64,000 nucleotides of DNA from Alphaproteobacteria bacterium (lineage in GTDB: Bacteria > Pseudomonadota > Alphaproteobacteria > Micropepsales > Micropepsaceae): NCBI GenBank assembly GCA_028871895.1, contig JAGWLZ010000017.1, positions 15,933-79,932 on the forward strand, given 5' to 3'. Shown here piece after piece: positions 7,388 through 16,533 of this stretch. Numbering within the stretch: position 1 is the stretch's first letter; every line of letters begins with the position of its first letter. The notes below the pieces were generated by a model. It saw only the letters and a program-made list of their open reading frames with translations, was not told the origin of the DNA and ran no database searches. The position numbers and the translations under genes were made by a program.

Positions 7388-8173
7388 TCAGCGGAGGAAC
7401 GCCCGATATCCATGATCCATCAGGGTGCGGCCTCGCGTGATGGCGTGGCGAACCTGATCGCGCAGGTTTTCTTTGGGGTCGCGCCAGTCACGTTCGACGC
7501 GTTCGTGTCCGTAAAGCACTGTCGCAATCTCGCGCTGCGTTGCACCGCCGAGCCAGCCGTCCAGGGCTCGTAGCACAAACGTTAGGCGGGCGGCAGGCGG
7601 ATCAGGTGGGAAATATCGCTCGGGCAATCCGTGGCCGGCCCGACAGGCATGAAAACAGGCAAGCATCTGCACCTGATACACAAAGAGTGGTTCCGGCATT
7701 CCCGTATCAAATGTGAGTGTCACCGGCGCAAGCAAATTCTCTCCGCGAACGCAGAGTTGAAGGGCGCGTACGCCGTCCCGAATGAGAACATGCTGTAGCC
7801 CGTCATCGGCAAGAAGCAGCGTGGTGGGTAATTGGGTGTCCGCTAGCACAAAGGGTTGCGTCTTTGTCTGCGCCGGCAGGGCCAGAAGACGCAGCACCTT
7901 GGGGCAAGCATCGGGATCCCAAAAGACCGTCGCAGCGCCAGCGTCCTCATCGGCAGAAACGGTGAACAGGCAGGCCTCGGTCGGCATTGTCGAACGAGCA
8001 CAAACCACCTGCAGCGGACCGCCGTCTGTGCGCTTTCGCCATTTGGCCGTCTCGCACGCCTCGCGAAACGAGTCTTTGCGGCGCAAATATTCCCAGGCAA
8101 AGGCCTGTCGCGGAAAGCGAAGAAAATCGTAACCTGTGCGCCAGTCGGGCGGCACTTCCGATGCAGCTGACAT
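7388..8173 (-). CDS. fseA: Transcriptional activator FseA (DUF6499 plus DUF2285 fused in one frame)
   Basis: N-terminal DW...YD....PRQAFAWEYLRR (DUF6499). C-terminal LRALDG...GATQREIA.VLYG.ERV..DW......LRDQVR.....GR.LM..GYR.FL (DUF2285). Downstream of traI. Confidence 0.82.
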   Translation of the reverse strand: MSAASEVPPDWRTGYDFLRFPRQAFAWEYLRRKDSFREACETAKWRKRTDGGPLQVVCARSTMPTEACLFTVSADEDAGAATVFWDPDACPKVLRLLALPAQTKTQPFVLADTQLPTTLLLADDGLQHVLIRDGVRALQLCVRGENLLAPVTLTFDTGMPEPLFVYQVQMLACFHACRAGHGLPERYFPPDPPAARLTFVLRALDGWLGGATQREIATVLYGHERVERDWRDPKENLRDQVRHAITRGRTLMDHGYRAFLR

Positions 8174-8232
8174 GGATCATCTCCACGCCCCCGAGCCAAT
8201 GCTACCCTCTCCCCAGGGTGAACGTGTTGAAA

Positions 8233-8862
8233 TCAGGCCGCGCGCACGACGGGCGCCCAAAGCACCGGGCCGTCAAGGCCGCCGAGTTTGCGCAGGCGCT
8301 TGAGCGCGGCAACCGAGACTTCGAGATAGCCAGCGACCGCCATTGTGGTACCGATCGCCCGCGGCGGTCCGAGCCTTGCAAGCGGCCAAGCTGCACGTCG
8401 CAGGATCCGTTCCATGCGCACATCGGTCACCGTCAGGATCCTGCTCAACGATTTTGCCAGCCCGAACTCGACCATGCCGGCGAACAGCTCGTAGGTCGGG
8501 GCGGCAAGCCCGCCTCCCGCGTTGGCCGCATCGCGGTGTATGTCGAGTGCAAACCGGCTGCTCTCCCAAACATCGGCCGCCCCGGGAACCGGACCATTTG
8601 GCAGAAGCGCCGGAAATGCGTCACGCAGCATGGTAGGTCCCAATGACGGGAGCAAGCGGACGCAACCCTGAATCTGGCCGTCGAATCCCCTTAGCAGCAA
8701 GTAAGCCGGCTGCAGCGCATCGAATTCGTCGGCTTCCATGTCGCCGGCAGTCTCAACTTCCCACCCCAGGCGTTCCTTGAAGACGCGGTAGCGCAGACGG
8801 TGCATTTCGGCGAGAAGGTCAACAAACTCGCCATAACAGTTAGGTGTAATCAGTTGAATCAC
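8233..8862 (-). CDS. traI: Acyl-homoserine lactone synthase (LuxI family)
   Basis: MHRLRYRVF..RLGWEV...E.DEFD, GCVRLLP, WESSRFA and LTVTD motifs. GTG start at 8862 with SD GGAGG. Confidence 0.93.
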   Translation of the reverse strand: MIQLITPNCYGEFVDLLAEMHRLRYRVFKERLGWEVETAGDMEADEFDALQPAYLLLRGFDGQIQGCVRLLPSLGPTMLRDAFPALLPNGPVPGAADVWESSRFALDIHRDAANAGGGLAAPTYELFAGMVEFGLAKSLSRILTVTDVRMERILRRAAWPLARLGPPRAIGTTMAVAGYLEVSVAALKRLRKLGGLDGPVLWAPVVRAA

Positions 8863-8917
8863 GATCGCCTCCGTAATGGTCGGCGCGATTGAAGCGGAAT
8901 GCAGAGCGGATCGGATA

Positions 8918-8933
8918 CTGTCCAGTTGGTCAG
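8918..8933. promoter_or_regulatory. Putative tra/lux box for traI-fseA
   Basis: CTGTCCAGTTGGTCAG (6/8 pairs), centred ~63 bp upstream of the traI start. Candidate -10 TTCAAT (minus strand, 8893-8888) at class-II spacing. Confidence 0.55.
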
Positions 8934-9676
8934 GGGGGCGAGGAACCAGACCCTCGCTCGTCCGCTTGGGCCTTGGCGAGAAGGACCGCCGCCTGGCAGA
9001 TGGTGCGTACGCCCAGTTTGTGACGCACATTATCGAGATGGAACTTTACCCCGCGCGAACTCAGTCCCAGTATCGCCGCGATATCAGGCTGCGACTTACC
9101 CTGGGCTGCATGATTGAGACACTCCACCTCCCGAACGGTGAGCTTGACGTCGCCAATCTGGACACAATGAAAGAGTTTCCATCGTGCATGCGCGTGAAGC
9201 GAAATCGCCATCAGCTGTAGGACACGCCGGTTGGTCTTGATCGTGTGCTGGAACGCAACTCTGCGATCGTCACTCGCGAAGGTCACTGCGGCTACCGGTT
9301 CGTTGTCGTATTGTATTGGAACCGTGAAGCCGGAACGAATGCCAAACTGCGCGGCCTCTTCGAAAAATTTTTCCTGGGCAGTCGACATGAGCAACGTGTC
9401 GGCGCCCATTCCCCATTCAAAGGGCTCGCTCTGGCGATGAGCCAGAACGATAACTGGATCGAGTTTCTCGTAATGGGCCTTAAGATAATAATCTGTCCAT
9501 GGCAGCGGGTAGTTCGAGATGAGCTCCGGGCCGGCTTTCCTGCGGCGTGGCATCGTCAAATAGGCGAAGCACGGCAGATCGAACGCGATCGCCGTTTCTG
9601 CCATGGCTTGGTGGAAGCCTTCGCGGTCGTAGCTTTCGTTCAGGCGATCCACGAATCTTTGAAAGACGCGTTGCAT
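8930..9676 (-). CDS. traR: LuxR-family AHL-responsive regulator
   Basis: Autoinducer-binding motifs SNYP..W...Y, DPV, FEW, G...GFTVP; C-terminal LT.RE.ECL...AQGKS..DIA.ILGLS..GVKFHLDNVR.KLG HTH. Confidence 0.92.
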   Translation of the reverse strand: MQRVFQRFVDRLNESYDREGFHQAMAETAIAFDLPCFAYLTMPRRRKAGPELISNYPLPWTDYYLKAHYEKLDPVIVLAHRQSEPFEWGMGADTLLMSTAQEKFFEEAAQFGIRSGFTVPIQYDNEPVAAVTFASDDRRVAFQHTIKTNRRVLQLMAISLHAHARWKLFHCVQIGDVKLTVREVECLNHAAQGKSQPDIAAILGLSSRGVKFHLDNVRHKLGVRTICQAAVLLAKAQADERGSGSSPP

Positions 9677-9794
9677 GCTCGATCCCGTAAGACGGGAAGA
9701 CCCGGTATGAACTAAAAAGACCGACTATATGCTGTGCCCTTCCAAGCCCTGCGAGCTCGTCGATTGACGGTATCGGTCGAATGGCACATTCCCT

Positions 9795-11456
9795 TTACCG
9801 TCCTTTGGTCTCCCGAATTGAGATCGAAGCAGACGCAGGCGCCGCTCCATCAAATTCTGGCATCGCTGCGATCACATCGGAGTCGACATAAGCCTCAAAC
9901 CGCCGGAAATTTTCGCGGAACATTCGAACAAGCTTCCGAGCTTGGGCGTCATAGGCGGCTTTGTCGGCCCATGTGTCACGAGGGTTCAGAATTTGACCTG
10001 CGACATGCGGCACGGCGAGCGGCACGTTGAACCTGAAATGGGGGTCAACGCGCATTTCCGTTTCGGCGAGAGCGCCGGACAGGGCCGCATTCAGCAAAGC
10101 GCGGGTGACGTTGATAGGCACGCGCAAACCCGTACCAAACGGTCCTCCCGTCCAGCCGGTGTTGACGAGCCAGCAATCGGCTTGGTGGCGGGCCATCAGC
10201 GCGCGCAGCAGATTGCCGTATTCGCACGGATGACGCGGCATGAAGGGTGCGCCGAAACAGGTCGAGAAGGTCGGCAGCGGGTCTTTGCCAAGGTTCTTCT
10301 CGGTGCCCGCCACCTTCGCTGTGAAGCCCGATAGAAAGTGATACATTGCCTGTGACGGCGTGAGGTGCGCGATCGGCGGTAACACTCCGAAAGCATCAGC
10401 CGTGAGCATGATCATATTCTTCGGGTGACCAGTACGTCCGGTAGAAGAGGCATGGCGGATAAAATCGATCGGATAAGCGGCGCGGGTATTTTCGGTATAG
10501 CGGGCATCGTCCAGGTCGAGCGCGCGTGTATCCTTGTCGAACACCACGTTCTCCAGAATGGTGCCAAAGCGTTCGGTCGTGGAGAAGATTTCGGGTTCGG
10601 CCTTGCGATTGAGTCTGATAACTTTGGCATAGCAGCCGCCTTCGATGTTGAAGACGCCGTTTGGGCCCCAGCCGTGCTCGTCATCGCCAACCAAGGTTCG
10701 CGAGGCGTCCGCCGACAGAGTCGTCTTGCCCGTACCCGAAAGACCGAAGAAGATTGCAGCGTCGTTCGATGCGCCGACGTTAGCCGAGCAATGCATCGAC
10801 ATCACCCCTTTGGTCGGTAGCAGATAATTCATGATGGTGAAGACCGATTTCTTAATCTCGCCTGCATAGGAAGTGCCACCGATCAGGACCATGCGACGAG
10901 TGAAGTTCACTGCGATTACCGTCGAGGACGCGCAGCCATGCCGTGTGGGGTCGGCCGTAAAACCCGGAAGGTCGATCACGGTGAAAGTCGGCGTGAATTC
11001 CGTTAGCGCGTCGGCATCCGGCCGGATCAGCAGATTGTGGATGAACAGCGACTGCCAGGCGTGTTCGGTGACCACCTGTAACCTAAGGCGGTAGGCGGGA
11101 TCGGCGCCGGCAAAAAGATTTTGCGCGAACAATTCGCGCCGTTCGGCGTAGTCCATCATGTCACGATGTAACAGATCGAATTTCTCGGGCACCATCGCCT
11201 TGTTATTGGCCCACCACACGTTATCGGCGGTGTGTGCATCCTTGACGATGAATTTGTCCGGCGCTGAACGGCCGGTGTGCTTACCTGTGGACACCACCAG
11301 CGGACCTGCCGCGGCCAGATGGCCCTCCTCGCGCCGCAGCGCCATCTCGTACAACGCCGTCGGCCGCAAATTCCAATAAACGCGCTTGAGATTGTGGAAA
11401 CCAGCCGCCTCCAGTCCGCATGCACTCGGACGCACGGAATCCTCGAATCCCATCAT
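9795..11456 (-). CDS. pckA: Phosphoenolpyruvate carboxykinase (ATP)
   Basis: [64 protein letters not shown]. Confidence 0.96.
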   Translation of the reverse strand: MMGFEDSVRPSACGLEAAGFHNLKRVYWNLRPTALYEMALRREEGHLAAAGPLVVSTGKHTGRSAPDKFIVKDAHTADNVWWANNKAMVPEKFDLLHRDMMDYAERRELFAQNLFAGADPAYRLRLQVVTEHAWQSLFIHNLLIRPDADALTEFTPTFTVIDLPGFTADPTRHGCASSTVIAVNFTRRMVLIGGTSYAGEIKKSVFTIMNYLLPTKGVMSMHCSANVGASNDAAIFFGLSGTGKTTLSADASRTLVGDDEHGWGPNGVFNIEGGCYAKVIRLNRKAEPEIFSTTERFGTILENVVFDKDTRALDLDDARYTENTRAAYPIDFIRHASSTGRTGHPKNMIMLTADAFGVLPPIAHLTPSQAMYHFLSGFTAKVAGTEKNLGKDPLPTFSTCFGAPFMPRHPCEYGNLLRALMARHQADCWLVNTGWTGGPFGTGLRVPINVTRALLNAALSGALAETEMRVDPHFRFNVPLAVPHVAGQILNPRDTWADKAAYDAQARKLVRMFRENFRRFEAYVDSDVIAAMPEFDGAAPASASISIRETKGR

Positions 11457-11552
11457 TACACGACGCCTCCATACCAGTTCATCGCAATCGCCCACCGCGA
11501 ACTCGTCTGCGGCGCTTGCGGTGCGACGCGCTCTCCGCGTGAGGGGAATTTC

Positions 11553-12812
11553 TCATGGGAACAATCCACGAAGTTTCTTACCGGCAGCGACGCGCTCCAC
11601 GCCAATGGCATGTGCCGCCAAGCGGTTGGAGATGCGTTCGGCATTGACCCGACGGATGACGATCTCAAAGGCCCGCTCCAGAAGCTGTGCAAGCTGGTTT
11701 CTCACTTGGTCTTCGGACCACATCAAACGCTGCAGGCCCTGCACCCATTCGAAATAGGAAACGATCACCCCTCCGGAATTGCAGAGGATATCCGGGATCA
11801 GGAATATATCTCCGCGATCTTCGATGACCTGATCGGCCTCCGGTGTGGTCGGCCCGTTCGCGCCCTCTGCCAGGATTCTGCAGTTCAACGCCCCGGCAAG
11901 ATCAACATCGATGGCCCTTTCGGTTGCCGCGGGAATGAGAATGTCGCAGCGCCTCCGGAGCAAGTCGGAGGGATCGCTGATCAGTTCGCGCGACCAGCCT
12001 TTTAGCGAACCGTTTCGCGCGGCATAAGCGACAAGGTCCCGCACAGGCAAGCCTTTCGCGCAATAGTATGCCGCGGAATGATCGCTCACGCCGATGACCC
12101 TGATCCCCATCTCTTCGTGCAATATGGATGCGACGACCGAGCCAACATTGCCGAAGCCTTGGACAATTGCCGTCTGACCCGCATGATCGTGACCGATGTA
12201 CTTCATAGTTAGGCCGATCAGATGGCACGCGCCCCTGCCCGTCGCTTCCTGTCGGCCGATACAGCCGCCGAGGCTTACGGGCTTGCCTGTCACGATTTCC
12301 GAAGTGGCATGTCCGCTGTACATGGAATAGGTGTCCATGAACCATGCCATCACCTGTTCGTTGGTGCCGACATCTGGTGCCATGACATCGGTATGGGGCC
12401 CGACGAATGGTATCAATTCCTGCATGTATCGACGCGATAAAACTTCGCGCTCTCTCGGCGACAGCGCGTAGGGGTCGCAGGCAACGCCGCCTTTTGCGCC
12501 GCCATAAGGCAGCCCCGCGAGCGCGCATTTCCAGCTCATCCAAATGGCCAGTGCTGCGACCTCGCCGATCTCGAGTTCCGGCGCGAATCGCGTCCCACCT
12601 TTGGTGGGGCCTAGCGTGAGATGGTGCTGAACGCGATAACCTTGGAACACCTCCGTTCGGCCGTCGTCCCTGTGAATGGGCACCGATACGGTGATGGCGC
12701 GCTTGGGGTACAACAGGCGCGCTCGATCGTCCGCCGGGATATCGAGGTGGTTTGCGACCAACTCGAACTGATCGCGTGCCATGTTGAATACAGGACCGTC
12801 ATAAATCGACAT
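11553..12812 (-). CDS. gdhA: Glu/Leu/Phe/Val-family dehydrogenase (glutamate dehydrogenase)
   Basis: GYRVQH...GPTKGG.RF, MSWKCAL..LPYGGAKGG, DVMAPDVGT, TGKP, QGFGNVG, EGANGPTT, GGVIVSYFEWVQ. Confidence 0.92.
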   Translation of the reverse strand: MSIYDGPVFNMARDQFELVANHLDIPADDRARLLYPKRAITVSVPIHRDDGRTEVFQGYRVQHHLTLGPTKGGTRFAPELEIGEVAALAIWMSWKCALAGLPYGGAKGGVACDPYALSPREREVLSRRYMQELIPFVGPHTDVMAPDVGTNEQVMAWFMDTYSMYSGHATSEIVTGKPVSLGGCIGRQEATGRGACHLIGLTMKYIGHDHAGQTAIVQGFGNVGSVVASILHEEMGIRVIGVSDHSAAYYCAKGLPVRDLVAYAARNGSLKGWSRELISDPSDLLRRRCDILIPAATERAIDVDLAGALNCRILAEGANGPTTPEADQVIEDRGDIFLIPDILCNSGGVIVSYFEWVQGLQRLMWSEDQVRNQLAQLLERAFEIVIRRVNAERISNRLAAHAIGVERVAAGKKLRGLFP

Positions 12813-12821
12813 GCGATACTC

Positions 12822-15800
12822 TCATTCCATGTTGAGTAACGCGGGATCGCCACCTTGCGCGGCGATATTGACGCTGAGCGCACGCTCGACCGCATAGCGG
12901 AACAGCGCATGCGGTCCGCCGGCCTTGGGACCTGTGCCGGACAGGCCTTCGCCGCCGAATGGCTGAACCCCGACCACCGCACCGATGATGGAGCGGTTGA
13001 CATATGTATTGCCTACCGGCACCAGGGCACGTACGCGGTCAACGAAGCTTTGTAGCCGCGTATGAATTCCGAGCGTCAGTGCATAACCCCTTGCGGCGAG
13101 CGCTCCACCGCATTGTTCCAATTCTTCGGCGCGATAACGGATGACATGAAGAATGGGTCCGAACACTTCGCGGTCCGGCAACCTATCCAAGGCGATCTCC
13201 GCCATCACGGGGCCGAACAGCAGTGGATGGCCGCCAGCCGGCCTCACCTGTTTGTGTATTGTTGCCGTGGCCCGCAGATGCGCCAGATGTTTCTCCAGCG
13301 CCTCCTTGGCCGCGGCATCGATCATCGGACCGATATCGGTGGCGAAGTCGTGGGGATCGCTCACTTGCAGCACATCCATTGCGCCCTTCAGGCCGTCGAT
13401 CAGAGTTTCGGCGGTTTCCTCAGGCAGGAATAGGATGCGAAGCGCCGAACAACGCTGTCCAGCGGAACCAAAAGCGGAGAGGATTACGTCATCCAAAACC
13501 TGCTCGTGCTGGGCGGAAGTGTCGACGAACATCGCGTTCAATCCGCCCGTCTCAGCAATGAAGGGAAGCAACGCGCCGTCTCGCATCGCCAGCGAGCGAT
13601 TGATTGCGCGCGCAGTGTCGGTGCCGCCGGTGAAGGCAATCCCGGCAAGGTATGGATGGTTGACGAGCGCTGGGCCCACGGTCTCGCCGGGGCCCGGCAC
13701 CAGATGCAGCACATCGTCAGGAAGGCCCACCTCCTTGAACAACTTCACCGCGGCGGCAGCGACGCGGGGCGTCTGTTCCGCCGGTTTCGCCAGCACGGTG
13801 TTGCCCGACGCCAACGCCGCCGCCACTTGGCCAGTGAAAATGGCGAGCGGAAAATTCCACGGGCTGATGCAGGCGAACACACCGCGGCCGTGCAGCTCCA
13901 GCACGTTGGTCTCGCCGACGGGACCTTTAAGCGTTTCGGGACGGCCAAAGTGGCGCTCGGCCAATAGCGCGTAATAGCGACAAAAGTCGGCGGCCTCGCG
14001 CACCTCGCCGACCGCGTCGGGCCAGGTCTTACCCGCCTCCTTGACCATTAAGATCATCAATTCGTTGCGACGGTATTCCAGCGCGTCCGCCATGGCAGAT
14101 AGAATTCTAGCGCGTTCGGCGCCGCCTCTGGCGTCCCAGCCCGGCTGGGCCGCGCGCGCGGCAGTAAAGGCAGCATCGATCTTCGCCTGCGTCGCGTCCG
14201 GGGCAGATTCTCCGGTGTCGTACAGCCGCGCCAGCACGGTGCGCTCTGCCGTACTCGAAAGGTCCACACCCAAGCTGTTCAACCGATCGCCATAAATGTC
14301 GCGAGGCAGGGGAATGCGCGGATGCGGGCCCGGGCGCAGGTTCAGCATTTTCACCGGGTCCACGGCTACTTTTTCAACCGGCGTGTCATCGTCGAGCAGT
14401 TGATGAACGAAACCGGTGTTAGCGCCGTTCTCCAACAGTCTCCGCACCAGATAAGGTAGTAGGTCTTCATGCACCCCCACTGGAGCGTAAGTCCGTAGCG
14501 ACAGCCGCCCGAATTCGCGCTGCGCGGCCTCATACAGCGCTTCACCCATTCCATGCAGGCGTTGATGTTCGATCATGACGCCGCGCGCTTTCGCCATGGC
14601 GCGCACAGCAGCCAAAGTGTGCGCGTTGTGTGTGGCGAACTGGCCGTAAAGATGCGGAGAGGCATCGACCAATATCCGGGCGCACACCAGATAGGACATG
14701 TCGGTCGCCGGCTTGGTGGTAAAAACGGGATAACCGGGCCTCCCGGCCATCTGCGCGCGCTTGATCTCGCTGTCCCAATAGGCTCCTTTGACCAGTCGCA
14801 CCATCAACCTGCGTTCGGTTTCGCGCGCCAGGGCGGCGAGCGCCGCAACGACCTTGGGGGCGCGCTTTTGGTAGGCCTGGACCGCCACGCCCAAGCCGCG
14901 CCATTTTCCCAGCGCCGGTTCGCGCGCGAGCTTGTCCAGCAGTTTGAGCGACAACACCAAACGGTCTGCTTCCTCGGCATCCAAAGTGAAATTGATGTCG
15001 GCCTGGGCAGCCAAGTCCGCTAATCGTCTCACGCGCGGATAGAGTTCGCGCCAAATCCGCGTTTCTTGGCTGGGTTCGTAACGCGGTGACAATGCCGACA
15101 GCTTCACCGAAATGCCGTGCGCGGCTTCTGGGCCCCTGGTATCCTTGCTGATGGTCGCAATCGCGTGCGTGTAAGCCGCTTCGTATCGCTGCGCATCGGC
15201 CTCGGTGCGCGCGCCCTCGCCCAGCATATCAAAGCTGCACACGAGCTTCTCTTTCGTGGCGCGATCGAACGCCATTTCGATGGTACGCCCCAGAACGAAT
15301 TGCTCGCCCATGATGCGAACAGCCTGGGTGACGGCGGCACGCACAACGGGTTCGCCGACGCGCGCCGCAAGTATACGGATGGTGCCAACCGCATCGTCCA
15401 TACCACTGACGTCGATCAGCCGCCCCGTCAGCATGAGGCCCCAGGTCGAGGCGTTGACCAACAAACTATCGGATTGTCCTAGATGGACCGCCCAATCGGC
15501 GGTGCAGATCTTCTCGGCGATGAGCCGGTCTTTGCTCGCGGTATCTGGCGTGCGCAGCAGCGCTTCGGCCAAGCCCATCAGCGCCAAACCTTCGTTTGTA
15601 GACAAAGAGAATTGCCGCAAGAAACATTCAACCACGCCTTTTTGCCGACTTCCGTGCCGTGCGCCCGCAATAAGTCTCTTTGCTACGGACAAAACTGCGT
15701 CGCGGCTCTCGATAGGCGGCGTAACCTTCAAAAGCGCGGCAATGGCCTGGGCCTCGTCCTGATATTTGAACCGATCCAACAAGTCCCAGCTTGTGATATT

Positions 15801-15839
15801 GGATTGTTCTTCATATTCACCGCTTTTTGGCTCTTGCAT
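12822..15839 (-). CDS. putA: Bifunctional proline dehydrogenase / L-glutamate gamma-semialdehyde dehydrogenase
   Basis: SFDMLGE, ISVKLSAL.PRY, DAEEADRL, RLVKGAYWDSEIK, QRLHGMG, LVRRLLENGAN; ALDH half has ISPWNFP, AETGG, AGQRCSA, QPFGG.GLSGTGPKAGG. Confidence 0.96.
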   Translation of the reverse strand: MQEPKSGEYEEQSNITSWDLLDRFKYQDEAQAIAALLKVTPPIESRDAVLSVAKRLIAGARHGSRQKGVVECFLRQFSLSTNEGLALMGLAEALLRTPDTASKDRLIAEKICTADWAVHLGQSDSLLVNASTWGLMLTGRLIDVSGMDDAVGTIRILAARVGEPVVRAAVTQAVRIMGEQFVLGRTIEMAFDRATKEKLVCSFDMLGEGARTEADAQRYEAAYTHAIATISKDTRGPEAAHGISVKLSALSPRYEPSQETRIWRELYPRVRRLADLAAQADINFTLDAEEADRLVLSLKLLDKLAREPALGKWRGLGVAVQAYQKRAPKVVAALAALARETERRLMVRLVKGAYWDSEIKRAQMAGRPGYPVFTTKPATDMSYLVCARILVDASPHLYGQFATHNAHTLAAVRAMAKARGVMIEHQRLHGMGEALYEAAQREFGRLSLRTYAPVGVHEDLLPYLVRRLLENGANTGFVHQLLDDDTPVEKVAVDPVKMLNLRPGPHPRIPLPRDIYGDRLNSLGVDLSSTAERTVLARLYDTGESAPDATQAKIDAAFTAARAAQPGWDARGGAERARILSAMADALEYRRNELMILMVKEAGKTWPDAVGEVREAADFCRYYALLAERHFGRPETLKGPVGETNVLELHGRGVFACISPWNFPLAIFTGQVAAALASGNTVLAKPAEQTPRVAAAAVKLFKEVGLPDDVLHLVPGPGETVGPALVNHPYLAGIAFTGGTDTARAINRSLAMRDGALLPFIAETGGLNAMFVDTSAQHEQVLDDVILSAFGSAGQRCSALRILFLPEETAETLIDGLKGAMDVLQVSDPHDFATDIGPMIDAAAKEALEKHLAHLRATATIHKQVRPAGGHPLLFGPVMAEIALDRLPDREVFGPILHVIRYRAEELEQCGGALAARGYALTLGIHTRLQSFVDRVRALVPVGNTYVNRSIIGAVVGVQPFGGEGLSGTGPKAGGPHALFRYAVERALSVNIAAQGGDPALLNME

Positions 15840-15949
15840 ATTCTTTTAGTAACTCTTAGTGGCATTCAGAACTGGAATACTGCACGGTTTCTGGCAGAAT
15901 GTGCTGCCAAATATCGACGATTATTGCGATCGAAACAGGAGATTCCTCG

Positions 15950-16471
15950 GTGACAAGGGCAAGAACCCTTCGCGACCTAGACCATGTGGATCGCAATATC
16001 CTTTCGATCCTTCAAGGCGACGGGCGGATAGCGAACGCGGAGCTCGCCAAGCGCATCAATCTCAGCCCGACACCGACGCTCGAACGCGTGCGCCGGCTGG
16101 AGAGGGATGGCTTCATAGAAAGTTATGTTGCAGTGCTCAATTCGTACAAAATGGAGGCCGCCATGACGGCCTTCGTCGAGGTCAATCTCGACCGAACGAC
16201 CGAGGACGTTCTAAAGAGATTCGCACAAGCGGCGCTGGCGACGCCAGAAATAATCGAGTGCAACATGATCGCGGGCGGCTTCGACTATCTCTTGAAAATC
16301 CGCGTGGAAGACATGGTGGCCTATCGAAAATTTATGGGCGCCAGACTGGCGGAACTGCCGGGGATCCGCGCGACGCATACCTTCATGGTGATGGAAAAGA
16401 TCAAGGACGAGACGGCGTTTCCGGTTGGGCTTCCCGTCCAAAAGGAAGCCCGTCCGCATACACACAAATAG
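15950..16471 (+). CDS. putR: Lrp/AsnC regulator, divergent from putA
   Basis: LDHVDRNILSILQGDGRIANAELAKRINLSPTPTLERVRRLE..GFI..Y and I.EC.MIAGGFDYLLKIRV.DM..YR motifs. GTG 15950 has SD AGGAG. Confidence 0.88.
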   Translation: MTRARTLRDLDHVDRNILSILQGDGRIANAELAKRINLSPTPTLERVRRLERDGFIESYVAVLNSYKMEAAMTAFVEVNLDRTTEDVLKRFAQAALATPEIIECNMIAGGFDYLLKIRVEDMVAYRKFMGARLAELPGIRATHTFMVMEKIKDETAFPVGLPVQKEARPHTHK

Positions 16472-16533
16472 GCTCCTGAGCATCGTGATACGATTCAATC
16501 GGGCGGAAAACGGCTCGCGGGCTTCCTCCAGTA

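Larger units (their letters stand above)
1..9676 (-). mobile_element. Core transfer/regulation region of an ICEMlSym-like integrative conjugative element (extends beyond the window; cargo probably continues to the right)
   Basis: Relaxase-slt-traF-rdfS order and DUF736, ParB, ArdC, qseC/qseM/fseA/traI/traR all lie within 9.7 kb. No integrase or T4SS genes in the window, so ICE versus plasmid is inferred. Confidence 0.8.

Noticed and set aside
7947-8186. 79-aa ORF overlapping the fseA 5' half, considered as an msi172-like frameshift partner
   Set aside because: The DUF6499-like residues (AWEYLRR) are in the long fseA frame, not this one, and its ATG has no usable SD spacing.
15892-15909. Palindrome TGGCAG-AATGTG-CTGCCA between putA and putR as a PutR site
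   Set aside because: Plausible, but it does not match Lrp-type site geometry well and occurs once; too weak to call.
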